Origin: an uncultured Verrucomicrobiae bacterium
Lineage (GTDB): Bacteria > Verrucomicrobiota > Verrucomicrobiia > Chthoniobacterales > UBA10450
Direction of reading: 5' to 3'
DNA length: 64,000 nucleotides
Assembly (NCBI GenBank): GCA_963756875.1
Contig: CAVWPA010000003.1
Coordinates: forward strand, 1,248,001-1,312,000
A program made the position numbers and the translations under genes. This document shows positions 1-10,227 of the stretch, one piece after another; within the stretch, counting starts at the first letter, position 1, and the number at the start of each line of letters is the position of its first letter. The notes under the pieces were generated by a model. It searched no databases. It worked only from the letters and a program-made list of their open reading frames with translations, and had not been told where the DNA came from.

Positions 1-1201
1 AAATCACATCCGCCGTGTAGTAGTTAAAGGCGGTCAGCCATTCTTCCTTTTGTTTCTCCGGCCAATTGCTCTCCGGCGGCGTGACATAATAATACGCTTC
101 GGTTGCGCGCTTTTCGAACGCGCCCGGCGCGTCCATTGAGGCGAACGAAGTCGCGCGGCGATACAAGGGCGTCTCCTTCACGTGGGCGCGCACTTCGGAA
201 GGAATCGTGACCAGCTTATGGCTGGTAACGAATTTTCGGATCTGCTCGAGATCCTTCGCGATGTCGGGCAATAAAGTTTGCGCCGTTGGATGCTCGGTTT
301 GGATCTGTTTGAAAACTTCAACAGGCGACTTGGTCGGATCGATAATTTTGGCTGCGGCGGCAAAAGCGTCCTGCTCCTTCTTTAGCTCGCTCATTCCAAG
401 CTCGAGGATTTTTTCGGGGGGCAAATTGACAAGTTCCGTTTCCGAAAGCAGGCGACGGAATTTTTCTTCGCCCAGAGCGAAGTCGGCCGTCGCCTTTGGC
501 AATCTTTCGCGCTCCAGCCAGCCGGCATAATCAGAAAGCGCGGCTGCTGCCTTGCGGTTGGATTCTTGAAACTCGCCGTTGAGGCGATCGTCTTTCAATC
601 CGGCAATCGCTTCGACCAGATTCTTTCGCAGAAAATCGGCCGAAGCTTTTGCGATCTGGATGGCGAGCTGGACGTACGGCCGGGGGAGCACTGGATCGAG
701 ATTGGTCTTGGCCGCAATCACGATATTGGGCACCTGCGATTCGATCGCTACGATGCCGCGAACGCGGTCCTCAAGCGGAGCGAAGTTGCGTTTGACGTAA
801 ATATTCACGTCCGCGGCGCGCGCATAGACCATGGGATTGCGCTCGTAGATCGCCATGTCCTGGCGTTGAAAAATTTCCTTTTCAATTGCGGCTCGCAGGA
901 TTCGGAGGTCGATGGACTGGCGCTGGCTCAATTTACTGAGATCGAATTTTGCGAGCCGGTCATCAAAGCGTTTCAACCGGAAAAGCTCGGCTTCGAGAGC
1001 GAGCCGATTGTAATCGGTGATTTTGCCGTCGTATTCATGAAGTCCGATGGCGGTGCCAAGCAGCGGACGCGCTGCGAAATAACCCTTGATGTATTCTTCG
1101 GCTACCGCTTCGTATTCCGAATCCGGGGTTTGCAGCGCAAAGTTGACCGCTCCCGGCAGAAAGATGACGGCGGTGATAAGAAACAGGCGAACAAACTTCA
1201 T
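1..1201 (-). CDS. DUF885 family protein (3' end runs off the window)
   Basis: Manual translation from ATG at 1201: MKFVRLFLITAVIFLPG signal peptide, ...GTAIGLHEYDG..., ...DFALGEEKF..., ...ASMDAPGAFE...AYYYVT. Open to the window edge, so absent from the ORF track. Confidence 0.8.
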   Translation of the reverse strand, partial: MKFVRLFLITAVIFLPGAVNFALQTPDSEYEAVAEEYIKGYFAARPLLGTAIGLHEYDGKITDYNRLALEAELFRLKRFDDRLAKFDLSKLSQRQSIDLRILRAAIEKEIFQRQDMAIYERNPMVYARAADVNIYVKRNFAPLEDRVRGIVAIESQVPNIVIAAKTNLDPVLPRPYVQLAIQIAKASADFLRKNLVEAIAGLKDDRLNGEFQESNRKAAAALSDYAGWLERERLPKATADFALGEEKFRRLLSETELVNLPPEKILELGMSELKKEQDAFAAAAKIIDPTKSPVEVFKQIQTEHPTAQTLLPDIAKDLEQIRKFVTSHKLVTIPSEVRAHVKETPLYRRATSFASMDAPGAFEKRATEAYYYVTPPESNWPEKQKEEWLTAFNYYTADVI

Positions 1202-1270
1202 ATGCGTCTCTTAGCTTGATTGCGCGGCGCGAAACTTAGCCGACGGTTTGCGTATTGCCAAAAATTTCCG

Positions 1271-2605
1271 ATGAGCGATTGTCCCATTCGGGCCAGACTC
1301 ATGAGATCGTTTCTTTTTCGCGTCTTGGTTTGCCTTCTTCTTTCGGTCGCTGTTGGGCGCGGCCAATCGCAAGCCGAACAAACCGACCAGACCAGGGACC
1401 AGCAGGATGACGGCTACTCGCAGATATCCATTTTCGCCAAAGCGATCGAGCTCCTTCGTCAGGATTATGTGGATGCAAATAAGACCAGTTATCACGACCT
1501 GATTGAGGCAGCAATGAAAGGCATGCTCTCCTCTCTGGATCCGCACAGCCAATACATGGATCCGAACGATTTCCGCGACATGCAGGACGACACCCGCAGT
1601 CGTTTTAACGGCCTGGGCATCGAAGTTTCGACGAAAAACGGCCTGCCCACCATCGTCGCGCCAATGGAGGACACGCCCGCCGCAAGGGCCGGTATTCTTG
1701 CCGGCGACCAAATCCTCAAGATTAACGGAGTTTCTACAGAGAAGATGGATTTGCAGGGAGTGATCGATCATTTGCGCGGGCCTTTGGGCCAGAAGATCAC
1801 GCTCACGTTGTTGCGGCCATCGACCAAGGAGATCAGGGATTTCACGATTGAGCGGGCTGAAATCAAAATCCAGAGCGTGAAAGATGCGCGGTTGCTCGAT
1901 CCCGATCTGACCGGCGCATTCAAAATTGGGTACGTTCGATTGATTCAGTTTAACGAGCCGACGGCCGACGATCTGTCGAAGGCGCTCGATGGATTGCAGA
2001 AGCAAGGAATGCAGGCGCTGATTCTCGATCTGCGTAACAACCCCGGTGGGTTGTTGAGCAGCGCCGTGGACGTCTGCGCGCAGTTTGTTCCGCGAAGCAC
2101 CAAGGTGGTTTCCACGCAGGGCCGGGTGACCTCTCAGGAACGCGTCTATTCGACATCCGGCGCCAGCGAGGAACGTCCGCGTTTTCCCATGGCGGTTCTG
2201 GTTAACGAAGGGAGCGCCAGCGGTGCCGAAATCGTCGCCGGCGCGCTGAAGGATTTGCATCGTGCCGTTTTGGTTGGTGAGACAACGTTCGGAAAGGGCT
2301 CCGTGCAAAACGTGATGCAGCTGCCTGACGGCTCGGCGCTCCGGTTTACGACCGCAAAATATTATACGCCCGGCAAGCAGGTCATTCAGGGAAACGGCGT
2401 GACGCCGAACATTCGTGTCCCCATGACTCCGGAGCAGGAGCGTGCGCTTTTTATGTTGCGTAACGCGGGAAGCATTTCCGCCAGGGACGAGACCAGGTTT
2501 ATCAAGACCAAAGATCCCCAAATGCTGCGCGCTATCGACGCACTGAAGGGCGTGATGATCTACGCGGAAAGAAACGCGCCGAAAACAGGCGCGATAAAGA
2601 AGTAA
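1271..2605 (+). CDS. S41 family carboxyl-terminal processing protease (PDZ + peptidase S41)
   Basis: LDPHSQY, GLGI, DLRNNPGG, SASGAEI, GETTFGKGSVQ and TTAKYYTP motifs. Start could be 1271 or 1301. Confidence 0.92.
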   Translation: MSDCPIRARLMRSFLFRVLVCLLLSVAVGRGQSQAEQTDQTRDQQDDGYSQISIFAKAIELLRQDYVDANKTSYHDLIEAAMKGMLSSLDPHSQYMDPNDFRDMQDDTRSRFNGLGIEVSTKNGLPTIVAPMEDTPAARAGILAGDQILKINGVSTEKMDLQGVIDHLRGPLGQKITLTLLRPSTKEIRDFTIERAEIKIQSVKDARLLDPDLTGAFKIGYVRLIQFNEPTADDLSKALDGLQKQGMQALILDLRNNPGGLLSSAVDVCAQFVPRSTKVVSTQGRVTSQERVYSTSGASEERPRFPMAVLVNEGSASGAEIVAGALKDLHRAVLVGETTFGKGSVQNVMQLPDGSALRFTTAKYYTPGKQVIQGNGVTPNIRVPMTPEQERALFMLRNAGSISARDETRFIKTKDPQMLRAIDALKGVMIYAERNAPKTGAIKK

Positions 2606-2613
2606 TGTGGATC

Positions 2614-2674
2614 TGGAGGGACGACCTCCGTGTCGTCCCAAAACTAATGGGACGCGACAGAGCGCATCCCTCCA
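2614..2674. repeat. REP-like inverted doublet
   Basis: tggagggacgacctccgtgtcgtccca ... tgggacgcgacagagcgcatccctcca, with outer tggaggga/tccctcca inverted ends. Confidence 0.6.
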
Positions 2675-2677
2675 TTC

Positions 2678-3748
2678 GTGATGACAATCCTCGCTCTCGA
2701 AACCTCCTGTGACGAAACCGCGGTCGCAATTCTGCGCGACGCGGGCGGCCCGTCTGCGCCGGAGCTGCTTGCCAGCGAAGTCGCGTCGCAAGTCTCCGAG
2801 CACGAGAAATACGGTGGCGTGGTTCCGGAGATTGCCTCGCGCAACCATCTCGTGCACGCCCCGCGTCTGCTCGAACGAGTGACCCAGACGGCAGGAGTCG
2901 ACCTGGCAAATGTCGATGCATTCGCGGCGACGAGCGGACCGGGGCTGGCCAGCTCGCTCATGATTGGCGCCTCCATCGCCAAAGGTCTCTCCATCGGTTT
3001 TGGCAAACATTACCTTGCCATCAACCATCTTGAGGGCCATTTGCTCTCGCCGTTTTTCGGAAGTGGCATCGGCTTCCAGCCGATGTCCGGAAGATCGGCT
3101 GGAAGCCGATGCCACGTGTCGCTGATCGCAAGCGGCGGACATACCATGTCGATCTTGGTTCGTGGCGTCTGTGATTACGAAGTGATCGGCCGGACTGTGG
3201 ACGACGCCGCGGGAGAAGCCTTTGATAAAGTGGCCAAGCTTCTCGGGCTCGGTTATCCGGGCGGCCCGGAGATTGAAAGACTCGCGCGCGATGGCGACTC
3301 AAAGCGCTTCGATCTTCCGCGCAGTATGCTCGATTCGCAGAATTTCAGCTTCAGCGGACTAAAAACAGCGGTGCGATATCTGTTGCCGAAAATTGTGGGG
3401 CGTCCGTGGCGGACGCCCTACAAACTGGCAGAGAAGGACCTTGCTGATCTCTGCGCGTCATTTCAACAAGCGATCGTGGACGTGCTCGTGCGCAAAACAA
3501 TTGCCGCGGCTAAAAAATGTGGCGTCGATCTCGTAACGGTGAGCGGCGGCGTCAGTTGCAATCAGGAACTGCGCCGGCAAATGCACGACGCTTGCAAACG
3601 TGAAGGGTTCGAATTCAAAAGCGCGGAACCATGGCTCTGCACGGATAACGCCGCGATGATTGCTTTCGCCGCGTGGCTGCGAGTGCAAAACGGCTTCGAG
3701 TCGAGTGTGACCGACGAAATCGATCCGAATCTCGCGCTGGCGCTGTAG
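2678..3748 (+). CDS. tsaD: tRNA N6-adenosine threonylcarbamoyltransferase TsaD
   Basis: ILALETSCDETAVA, GGVVPEIASRNH, NHLEGH, SGGHT, DDAAGEAFDK, FSFSGLKT and CTDNAAMIA motifs. Confidence 0.97.
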   Translation: MMTILALETSCDETAVAILRDAGGPSAPELLASEVASQVSEHEKYGGVVPEIASRNHLVHAPRLLERVTQTAGVDLANVDAFAATSGPGLASSLMIGASIAKGLSIGFGKHYLAINHLEGHLLSPFFGSGIGFQPMSGRSAGSRCHVSLIASGGHTMSILVRGVCDYEVIGRTVDDAAGEAFDKVAKLLGLGYPGGPEIERLARDGDSKRFDLPRSMLDSQNFSFSGLKTAVRYLLPKIVGRPWRTPYKLAEKDLADLCASFQQAIVDVLVRKTIAAAKKCGVDLVTVSGGVSCNQELRRQMHDACKREGFEFKSAEPWLCTDNAAMIAFAAWLRVQNGFESSVTDEIDPNLALAL

Positions 3749-3859
3749 CGGTTTTGCTTCGCGAAACGCAACGTCTGCAACTGGCACTCCGTGGTTGCGG
3801 TGGGGTAGGGACGCCGCGCTGCGGCGTCCGGGTGGCGCAGCGCGCCGCCCCTGCCATTT

Positions 3860-4742
3860 TCAGGTACTCGCGCTCGAGGAGATAATTTGCCAGCGCATGC
3901 AGCGGTTCGGCTTTCGGTCCGAAGATCGACAACGCGTTGTGCGCCCGCTTTGTTAGGCGACGCGCCTCAGCGCGCGATTTTTCCAGGCCAATCACGGCCG
4001 GGTAGGTTGCCTTTTTCGCTGCAATATCTTTTCCCGCGCTCTTCCCAAGCTTCTCACTCGTTTGCGTAACATCGAGAATGTCGTCGATGACCTGGAATGC
4101 GAGGCCCAGCGCCCGGCCAAATCTCGTAATCGCGCCGAGCTTTTTTTGGCTGGCGTTGGCGCTCATCGCTCCGAGCCGGACTGACGTTGTTAGAATAGCA
4201 GCCGTCTTATTTTCGTGAATATAGCGAAGCTGCGCGCGGTTCGCGTGGCCCCCTTCCGCTTCGAGATCGGCCACCTGGCCGGCAATCAGTTTTTGGCTGC
4301 CTGCGGCGATTGCGACTTCGCGCAGCAGGATCTGCATGTTGTAGCGCGGCGCGGGCTGGGCGCGCGAGACAATCTCGAACGCAATCGTCAACAATGCGTC
4401 GCCGGCAAGCACAGCGATGCCGTCGCCGAATACCTTGTGGCAGGTCGGGCGACCGCGCCGGAAATCGTCGTTGTCCATGCTTGGGAGGTCATCGTGGACA
4501 AGCGAATAGGTATGAATGCATTCCATGGCACAGGCGAGCGGCATCGCCTTGTCGGTTTTGCCGCCGCAGGTTTCGGCTGCCGCGAGACAGAGGATGGGCC
4601 GCAACCGTTTTCCGCCGGCGAACAAGCTGTAGCGCATCGCCTTGTGGATCGTTGCGGGCCTGGTCTTTTCTTTTGGCAGATAACGGTCCAGAGCGCGATC
4701 GATCAGTTTCTGGCGCGAGCGGAGATAGGTTTTGAGATTCAT
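3860..4742 (-). CDS. ispA: Polyprenyl (farnesyl/geranylgeranyl) diphosphate synthase
   Basis: GGKRLRP, HTYSLVHDDLPSMDNDDFRRG and FQVIDDILD motifs. The likely true end is ...LEREY then TGA at 3860-3862 (one extra base); the ORF track reads through to 3615. Confidence 0.9.
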
Positions 4743-4748
4743 GAACCC

Positions 4749-4830
4749 GACACTGGATACTTGATTCTAGATGCTGGATAACGGAAATCGCGCGCCAATA
4801 TCAAGCATCCAGTATCCGGAATCCAGTATC
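4749..4830. repeat. Inverted arrays of degenerate heptamers (GATRCTG/CAGYATC) forming a hairpin
   Basis: gacactggatacttgattctagatgctggata ... tatcaagcatccagtatccggaatccagtatc. Confidence 0.7.
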
Positions 4831-4836
4831 TGCGCC

Positions 4837-5809
4837 TCAGATATTCTCCGCCGTTTCGGCTGTCGCCACCGGCTTGGTCCGCATCGCCAAAAAGGCGCCG
4901 AGGAGCAAAATCGCCGCGCTCCAAATTTGTGCGCGGGATAGGTGTTCGTGAAAGATCCAGGCGGAAAGTGCGACGGCTCCCAGTGGGCAAAGCAGTTGCA
5001 GCGTTTGGGAGAGCGCGACGCCGATCTCCTGGATCGCCACATAATATAAGACATGAGCAAGGGTGATACAGCTGACGGCGGAAATGATCAGGATCACGTT
5101 GACGTGGAGTCCCACTTGAAGCGGCGCGCCGATATTTCCAAAGGCAACCGTGAGCGGGAGCAACAAAGCCGATGTGATGAAACTGATCAGCCCGAAACTA
5201 CGGATGGGGCCGAGTTGAGCGGAAGGCCGCTTGACCAGGACACCGTAAAGCGCCCAACAAAACGTGGCGGTGAAGGCAATGAAGAGTCCGGGCAGGGCGA
5301 TGTGTTTCTCTTGCCCGTTGGATTGGAACCAGATCACACCGAAAGCGCCAACCAGGCCGAGAAAGGTTCCAGCTTGAAACTGCCACTGCCGGATGATGCG
5401 GCGTTCTTCAGGAAAAAAGGCAAGCGCGAGCAGGGAGGTAAAAATTACAGATGAGCGGGTGAAGACGGCATAGACACCGGGGCCCACGTAAAAAAGAGCG
5501 ACCACCTGGGTGACCTGGTGCACGACATTGGGCAAACACGGCCAGAGACAGGCGAGAAACGCGGCTCGATTGAGTGGTGGTCCGCCGCGATGAAGACGAT
5601 AAAAAAACAAAGGCGCGATGGCGAGGCAGGCGACGGAGTAACGATAAAAATTTTGCGCCCAGGGATCGTAATAACGAATGAGATAGAATTGAAAGAGCGA
5701 CGGCAGGGACCAGAGTGACGATGGTGCCGGAAAGAGCTGCGTATCCTCTGGAACGGCTGGCGCCGGAGTCCGGCGCAACGGCGGTTCGTACGGGATCTGG
5801 TTGTTTCAT
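4837..5809 (-). CDS. DMT/EamA family transporter (frameshift near 5715)
   Basis: About 10 hydrophobic segments in two EamA-like halves. The N-terminus from ATG 5809 (MKQPD...RGYAALSGTI) joins the 4837..5778 frame. Confidence 0.8.
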
Positions 5810-5900
5810 GAAGCCGGGTCTGGTATGACTGGACGTATTAATTTGCTGGCTTACCAGCGATTAATTGCGCAAAAAGCATGTGAGCAAGGAGAAAAGCGAT

Positions 5901-6842
5901 ATGACTACGACACGAATAATTATCCTCATGGTGGCCGTCGCATTTGTCGGCCTGCCTAGCGACGCCCCGGCGAAAAAGCGAAGGGGTGGCGGAGGGGGCG
6001 GCGGCGGTGAAGGGGGAGGAGCAAGCGAATTCAACAAGGGCAACAAGCTTTTCGAACAACAGCAATACGAAAAGGCGCTGGAGGAGTACACAAAAGCAAT
6101 TCAAGCCGGCGGTAATCAGGCTGGGTATTACGAAAACCGCGGGATGACCTATTTGGCGCTGGAAAGAGGATCGGATGCGGTGGCTGATTTTTTCAAAGCC
6201 ATTGATCTGGCACCGAACGACGAGCGCGGTTACATCGGACGCGCCCAGGCCTACCTGTTGCAAAGGAAATACGAGCAAGCGCTGGCCGATGCGGACAAAG
6301 CAATCCAGCTCAAGCCGGAAGACGCATTTGCCTACAAATTCCGGGGTTTTGCTGATCTTGGACTCGCCCAGTGGGACAGGGCTATTGCAGATTTCAACGC
6401 GGCGATCCAAAGAAACCCAAACGACCCGCAGCTTTACGAGCGGCAGGCATGGGCCTACCGCAATTTGAAAAACAACGAGGCGGCCATTGCCAATTACACG
6501 ACAGCGATTGCGAAAAAACCGAACGACGGCGACCTCTGGACCAAGCGTGGCTACACCTACAGCTTAACGGGCCAGTTTCAGAAGGCGATCGCCGATTATG
6601 GACAGGCGATGAAGCTGAATCCAAACGACACCGAGACGCCGGAACGGTTGCAATATGCCCGCAACATGCTGGCTGCCCAAAATGCGCCGCCGCCTACGCC
6701 TACGCCTACGCCGGTGCCAGCCCCGAGCATATTTTCTCCGGTCAACATTGGAATTGGGATCGTCGTGATAATTATTATCGCGGTGGTGGTCCGGCTGATG
6801 ACCCGGGGCAAAGCCGAGGTGACAAGCTCGCGTATCCGGTAA
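5901..6842 (+). CDS. Tetratricopeptide repeat protein with signal peptide, Pro/Thr linker and C-terminal TM anchor
   Basis: Repeated A..DF..AI...P units, PPPTPTPTP linker and hydrophobic IGIGIVVIIIIAVVV. Confidence 0.85.
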   Translation: MTTTRIIILMVAVAFVGLPSDAPAKKRRGGGGGGGGEGGGASEFNKGNKLFEQQQYEKALEEYTKAIQAGGNQAGYYENRGMTYLALERGSDAVADFFKAIDLAPNDERGYIGRAQAYLLQRKYEQALADADKAIQLKPEDAFAYKFRGFADLGLAQWDRAIADFNAAIQRNPNDPQLYERQAWAYRNLKNNEAAIANYTTAIAKKPNDGDLWTKRGYTYSLTGQFQKAIADYGQAMKLNPNDTETPERLQYARNMLAAQNAPPPTPTPTPVPAPSIFSPVNIGIGIVVIIIIAVVVRLMTRGKAEVTSSRIR

Positions 6843-7036
6843 ATGGGGAGCGCCGATCCTGCGGAGATGCCTCGGCGATCTGTAATTTGACGTTGAACGT
6901 TGAGCGCCTGCTCGCGAAGGCCGTCGGAGTCGAGCGCCTGTTCGCGAAGGCCTTCGGCGTCGGGCGTTTGCCGTTGGATCCAATAGCTGGTTCGGCCTCT
7001 CTCCCAGCGTGGCGCTTCTTTCGGAAAGAAATTTCT

Positions 7037-7064
7037 TTGACAGGCCTCGGGCCGCTGTTAGCTT
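7037..7064 (+). promoter_or_regulatory. Putative sigma70 promoter of the tRNA-Thr-tuf operon
   Basis: TTGACA at 7037-7042, 16-nt spacer, extended TGn-TAGCTT. Confidence 0.45.
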
Positions 7065-7175
7065 GCGGACGCTTTTTGCTGGACGAGGCGGTCCCATGGT
7101 CGTTCAAATGCAAATTTGACGCGGCTCTGGGACTTTTGGCTCTCTAACGAAAGGCGAAAACCGGGCCGTCGGGCC

Positions 7176-7251
<76 letters not shown>

Positions 7252-7310
7252 AAGCTTGCGACCGGTTATTACATGGTAAAGATGCAGTTTAATTAAAAAG
7301 AAAGATCGAC

Positions 7311-8495
7311 ATGGCAAAGGAAGCATTTAAACGCGACAAGCCGCACTTGAACGTCGGCACGATCGGTCACGTGGACCACGGCAAGACCACGCTTACGGCT
7401 GCAATCACCAGCGTGCTTGCCAAAAAAGGCATGGCCGAAGTTCGTGCGTACGAATCAATCGATAACGCGCCCGAGGAGAAAGAGCGCGGCATTACCATTA
7501 ACACGGCGCACGTGGAGTACCAGAGCGACAAGCGTCATTACGCGCACGTCGATTGTCCGGGCCACGCCGATTACGTGAAGAACATGATCACCGGTGCCGC
7601 GCAAATGGACGGTGCCATTCTGGTCGTCTCGGCCGCCGATGGCCCCATGCCCCAGACTCGCGAACATATTCTGCTCGCGCGCCAGGTCGGTGTGCCGTCG
7701 ATTGTTGTTTTCCTTAACAAAACGGACATGGTCGACGACCCGGAGCTTCTGGATCTTGTGGAGATGGAAGTTCGCGATCTGCTCACGCAATATGAATTTC
7801 CGGGAGATAAAATCCCGATCGTCAAAGGCAGCGCGCTCAAGGCGTTGAACGGCGATGCCGAGGCGGAGAAGCAGATTCTCGCGCTGGTGCAAGCCATCGA
7901 CGATTACATTCCGGTGCCGGAACGTCCCATCGATCAGCCGTTCCTGATGCCGGTCGAAGACGTATTCAACATTGAAGGCCGTGGCACGGTGGCCACTGGA
8001 CGCGTCGAGCGCGGCGTCCTCAAGAAAATGGAGGAAGTGGAGATTGTCGGCATCAAACCGACGGCCAAGACGGTTGCCACCGACATCGAAATGTTTCGCA
8101 AGCTTCTTGATGAAGCGCGCGCCGGCGACAACGTTGGCGTGCTGCTGCGCGGTGTGAAGAAGGAAGATGTCGAGCGCGGTCAGGTCATCGCAAAGCCGGG
8201 TTCGATCACTCCGCACAAGAAATTCAAGGCGGAAGTCTACGTGTTGAGTAAGGAGGAAGGCGGCCGTCACACGCCGTTCTTCAGCAACTACCGGCCGCAA
8301 TTTTATTTTCGTACCACCGATGTTACTGGCACGGTGAAATTGCCCGCCGGCGTGGAAATGGTCATGCCGGGCGACAACGTTTCCATCGAAGTGGAGTTGA
8401 TTACTCCCATTGCGATGGAAAAAACAATTCGTTTCGCTATTCGCGAAGGAGGCAAGACCGTCGGCGCGGGTCGCGTCGCCGAGATCTTGGATTAA
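7311..8495 (+). CDS. tuf: Elongation factor Tu
   Basis: [28 protein letters not shown] and [13 protein letters not shown] motifs. Confidence 0.99.
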   Translation: MAKEAFKRDKPHLNVGTIGHVDHGKTTLTAAITSVLAKKGMAEVRAYESIDNAPEEKERGITINTAHVEYQSDKRHYAHVDCPGHADYVKNMITGAAQMDGAILVVSAADGPMPQTREHILLARQVGVPSIVVFLNKTDMVDDPELLDLVEMEVRDLLTQYEFPGDKIPIVKGSALKALNGDAEAEKQILALVQAIDDYIPVPERPIDQPFLMPVEDVFNIEGRGTVATGRVERGVLKKMEEVEIVGIKPTAKTVATDIEMFRKLLDEARAGDNVGVLLRGVKKEDVERGQVIAKPGSITPHKKFKAEVYVLSKEEGGRHTPFFSNYRPQFYFRTTDVTGTVKLPAGVEMVMPGDNVSIEVELITPIAMEKTIRFAIREGGKTVGAGRVAEILD

Positions 8496-8503
8496 GTTAA
8501 ATC

Positions 8504-8572
8504 TTACTCTTTCTCATGCTCATGCTCTTGATCGACAAGAGGTGAGCAAGATTAGGAGCAGGAGCAGGAGTT
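8504..8572. repeat. Inverted hexamer arrays (CTCWTG/GAGCAR) forming a hairpin after tuf
   Basis: ctcatgctcatgctcttgatc ... gagcaagattaggagcaggagcaggagt. Confidence 0.6.
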
Positions 8573-8581
8573 TAAAAGCTT

Positions 8582-8654
8582 ACGCCAGTAGCTCAATTGG
8601 TAGAGTAGCGGTCTCCAAAACCGTCGGTTGGGGGTTCGAGTCCCTCCTGGCGTG
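8582..8654 (+). tRNA. tRNA-Trp(CCA)
   Basis: ACGCCAG/CTGGCGT acceptor stem, ctCCAaa anticodon loop, GGTTCGAGTCC T-arm; canonical position before secE. Confidence 0.96.
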
Positions 8655-8668
8655 TTCAAAAATATGCA

Positions 8669-8749
8669 AACGCCGAACGCCCAACGCCGAATTTCGAACC
8701 CAGCCCAAACAATTGGACGTTGGGCGTTGAGCGTTGGATGTTGGACGTT
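8669..8749. repeat. Inverted heptamer arrays (AACGYCS/TTGRRCG)
   Basis: aacgccgaacgcccaacgccgaa ... ttggacgttgggcgttgagcgttggatgttggacgtt. Confidence 0.7.
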
Positions 8750-8767
8750 GTCTTAATGTAAATGTAA

Positions 8768-8986
8768 ATGATCGCACAGACGAAGAAGTTCTTTAACGAG
8801 GTGATGGTCGAGTTGCGCAAAGCTTCCTGGCCGTGGGATCCCAAGGAAAAGGGCTTTCGCCGCTACAGAGAGCTGTTCGACGACACCGTGCTGGTCGTCA
8901 TCGCCATGCTCCTCCTTGGCGGGTACGTGGCGCTCTTCGATTTTGTTTTGATCAACGTCATCCATTTCTTTACCAAGCTGCACTGA
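8768..8986 (+). CDS. secE: Preprotein translocase subunit SecE
   Basis: EVMVELRKASWP motif plus one TM segment; lies between tRNA-Trp and nusG. Confidence 0.93.
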   Translation: MIAQTKKFFNEVMVELRKASWPWDPKEKGFRRYRELFDDTVLVVIAMLLLGGYVALFDFVLINVIHFFTKLH

Positions 8987-8988
8987 TT

Positions 8989-9558
8989 ATGGCACAGACA
9001 CTCGCGGGAAAAGATCAATGGTTCGTGGTCCATGTGCTTTCCGGCCAGGAAAACAAGGTGCGCGACAACATTCTGAAACGCATCAAGACCGAGGAGATGG
9101 GCGATCTGGTTTACGAAGTGCTCGTGCCGACCGAGCGCGTCTCCGAAATCAAGAAGGGCAAGAAAAGCGAAACGACGCGGAAGTTTTTCCCCGGTTATCT
9201 GATTGTGAACATGCACCTGCTCGATGAGAACAACCAGCTCGTCGGCCGCACCTGGTATTTCGTTCGTGATACACCCGGTGTGATCGGCTTCGCCGGCACA
9301 AAGGATAAGCCGATCCCGATGCGCCAGTCGGAAGTAGACAGCATGCTCGCGCAAATGAAGGAGCGCGAAGAGAAAGTAAAACCGAAGGTCAGCTTCGAAG
9401 TTGGCGAGACGGTGAAAGTCGCCGACGGCCCATTCCAGAACCAAAACGGGATCGTTGAAGAAATCGATCCCGAGCGCGGCAAACTGCGCGTCTCCGTTAC
9501 GATTTTCGGCCGCGCCACTCCGGTCGAGCTTGAATACTGGCAGGTGGAACGCGGCTAA
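8989..9558 (+). CDS. nusG: Transcription termination/antitermination factor NusG
   Basis: [21 protein letters not shown] motif [11 protein letters not shown] and [13 protein letters not shown] at 8989. Confidence 0.97.
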   Translation: MAQTLAGKDQWFVVHVLSGQENKVRDNILKRIKTEEMGDLVYEVLVPTERVSEIKKGKKSETTRKFFPGYLIVNMHLLDENNQLVGRTWYFVRDTPGVIGFAGTKDKPIPMRQSEVDSMLAQMKEREEKVKPKVSFEVGETVKVADGPFQNQNGIVEEIDPERGKLRVSVTIFGRATPVELEYWQVERG

Positions 9559-9599
9559 ACAGTCTCTCAACTCTCAACCAAGAACTCTCAACTTTTCCA

Positions 9600-10025
9600 A
9601 TGGCCAAAGAAATCGTCGCACATGTTAAGCTGCAAATTCCAGCAGGGCAGGCGAACCCTGCGCCCCCGGTTGGCACCGCACTCGGACCGCGCGGTGTGAA
9701 CATCATGGCGTTCTGCAAGGAATTTAACGCGGCTACCCAGAAACAAGCCGGCGACATTCTGCCGGTCGTGATCACGGTTTTTAAAGACAAGTCGTTTACC
9801 TTTATCACCAAAAGCCCGCCTGCCGCGATCCTGTTGAAGAAAGCGGCCAACATCGCCGCCGGTTCAAAGGAACCCAACAAAACGAAGGTGGGCACGGTCA
9901 CGCGCAAACAGGTCATGGACATCGTAAAAACGAAGGCCAAAGACCTGAACGCGCGTAACGACGAAGCCGCTTTCCGCATCATCGCCGGCACCGCCCGCCA
10001 AATGGGCCTCGAAATCGTCGACTGA
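9600..10025 (+). CDS. rplK: 50S ribosomal protein L11
   Basis: [20 protein letters not shown]...FCKEFNA...IAGTARQMG. Confidence 0.98.
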   Translation: MAKEIVAHVKLQIPAGQANPAPPVGTALGPRGVNIMAFCKEFNAATQKQAGDILPVVITVFKDKSFTFITKSPPAAILLKKAANIAAGSKEPNKTKVGTVTRKQVMDIVKTKAKDLNARNDEAAFRIIAGTARQMGLEIVD

Positions 10026-10027
10026 TT

Positions 10028-10222
10028 TCAACCGCGGATTACGCGGATTTCCCGGATGGGGAGCGCACGCTCCTGAGTGCGGTTTCGGCGCCTCGCGAAT
10101 CACGCGAATTTACGCGAAAGATTCAGAGCCGCCGGACATGCTTTGCATTAGCGTCAATTGGCGTGTTTAGCGGATCCTCTTCCCTCCATTTTCCGCGTCA
10201 GCATTCGCGTGATTCGCGGGCC
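10028..10222. repeat. Cluster of short palindromic and 9-mer repeats between convergent genes
   Basis: aaccgcggattacgcggattt, ggggagcgcacgc and cacgcgaatttacgcgaa...attcgcgtgattcgcg. Related units occur near 18950, 20335 and 48010. Confidence 0.55.
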
Positions 10223-10227
10223 GAGAA

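Noticed and set aside
1211..3142. Long antisense ORFs (also 7455..8300, 48653..49750 and others)
   Set aside because: Shadow frames of well-supported genes in GC-rich DNA, with no recognisable motifs.
3615..3860. C-terminal extension of IspA overlapping tsaD
   Set aside because: One extra base separates ...EREY from a TGA, and the extension is translated REP and antisense sequence.
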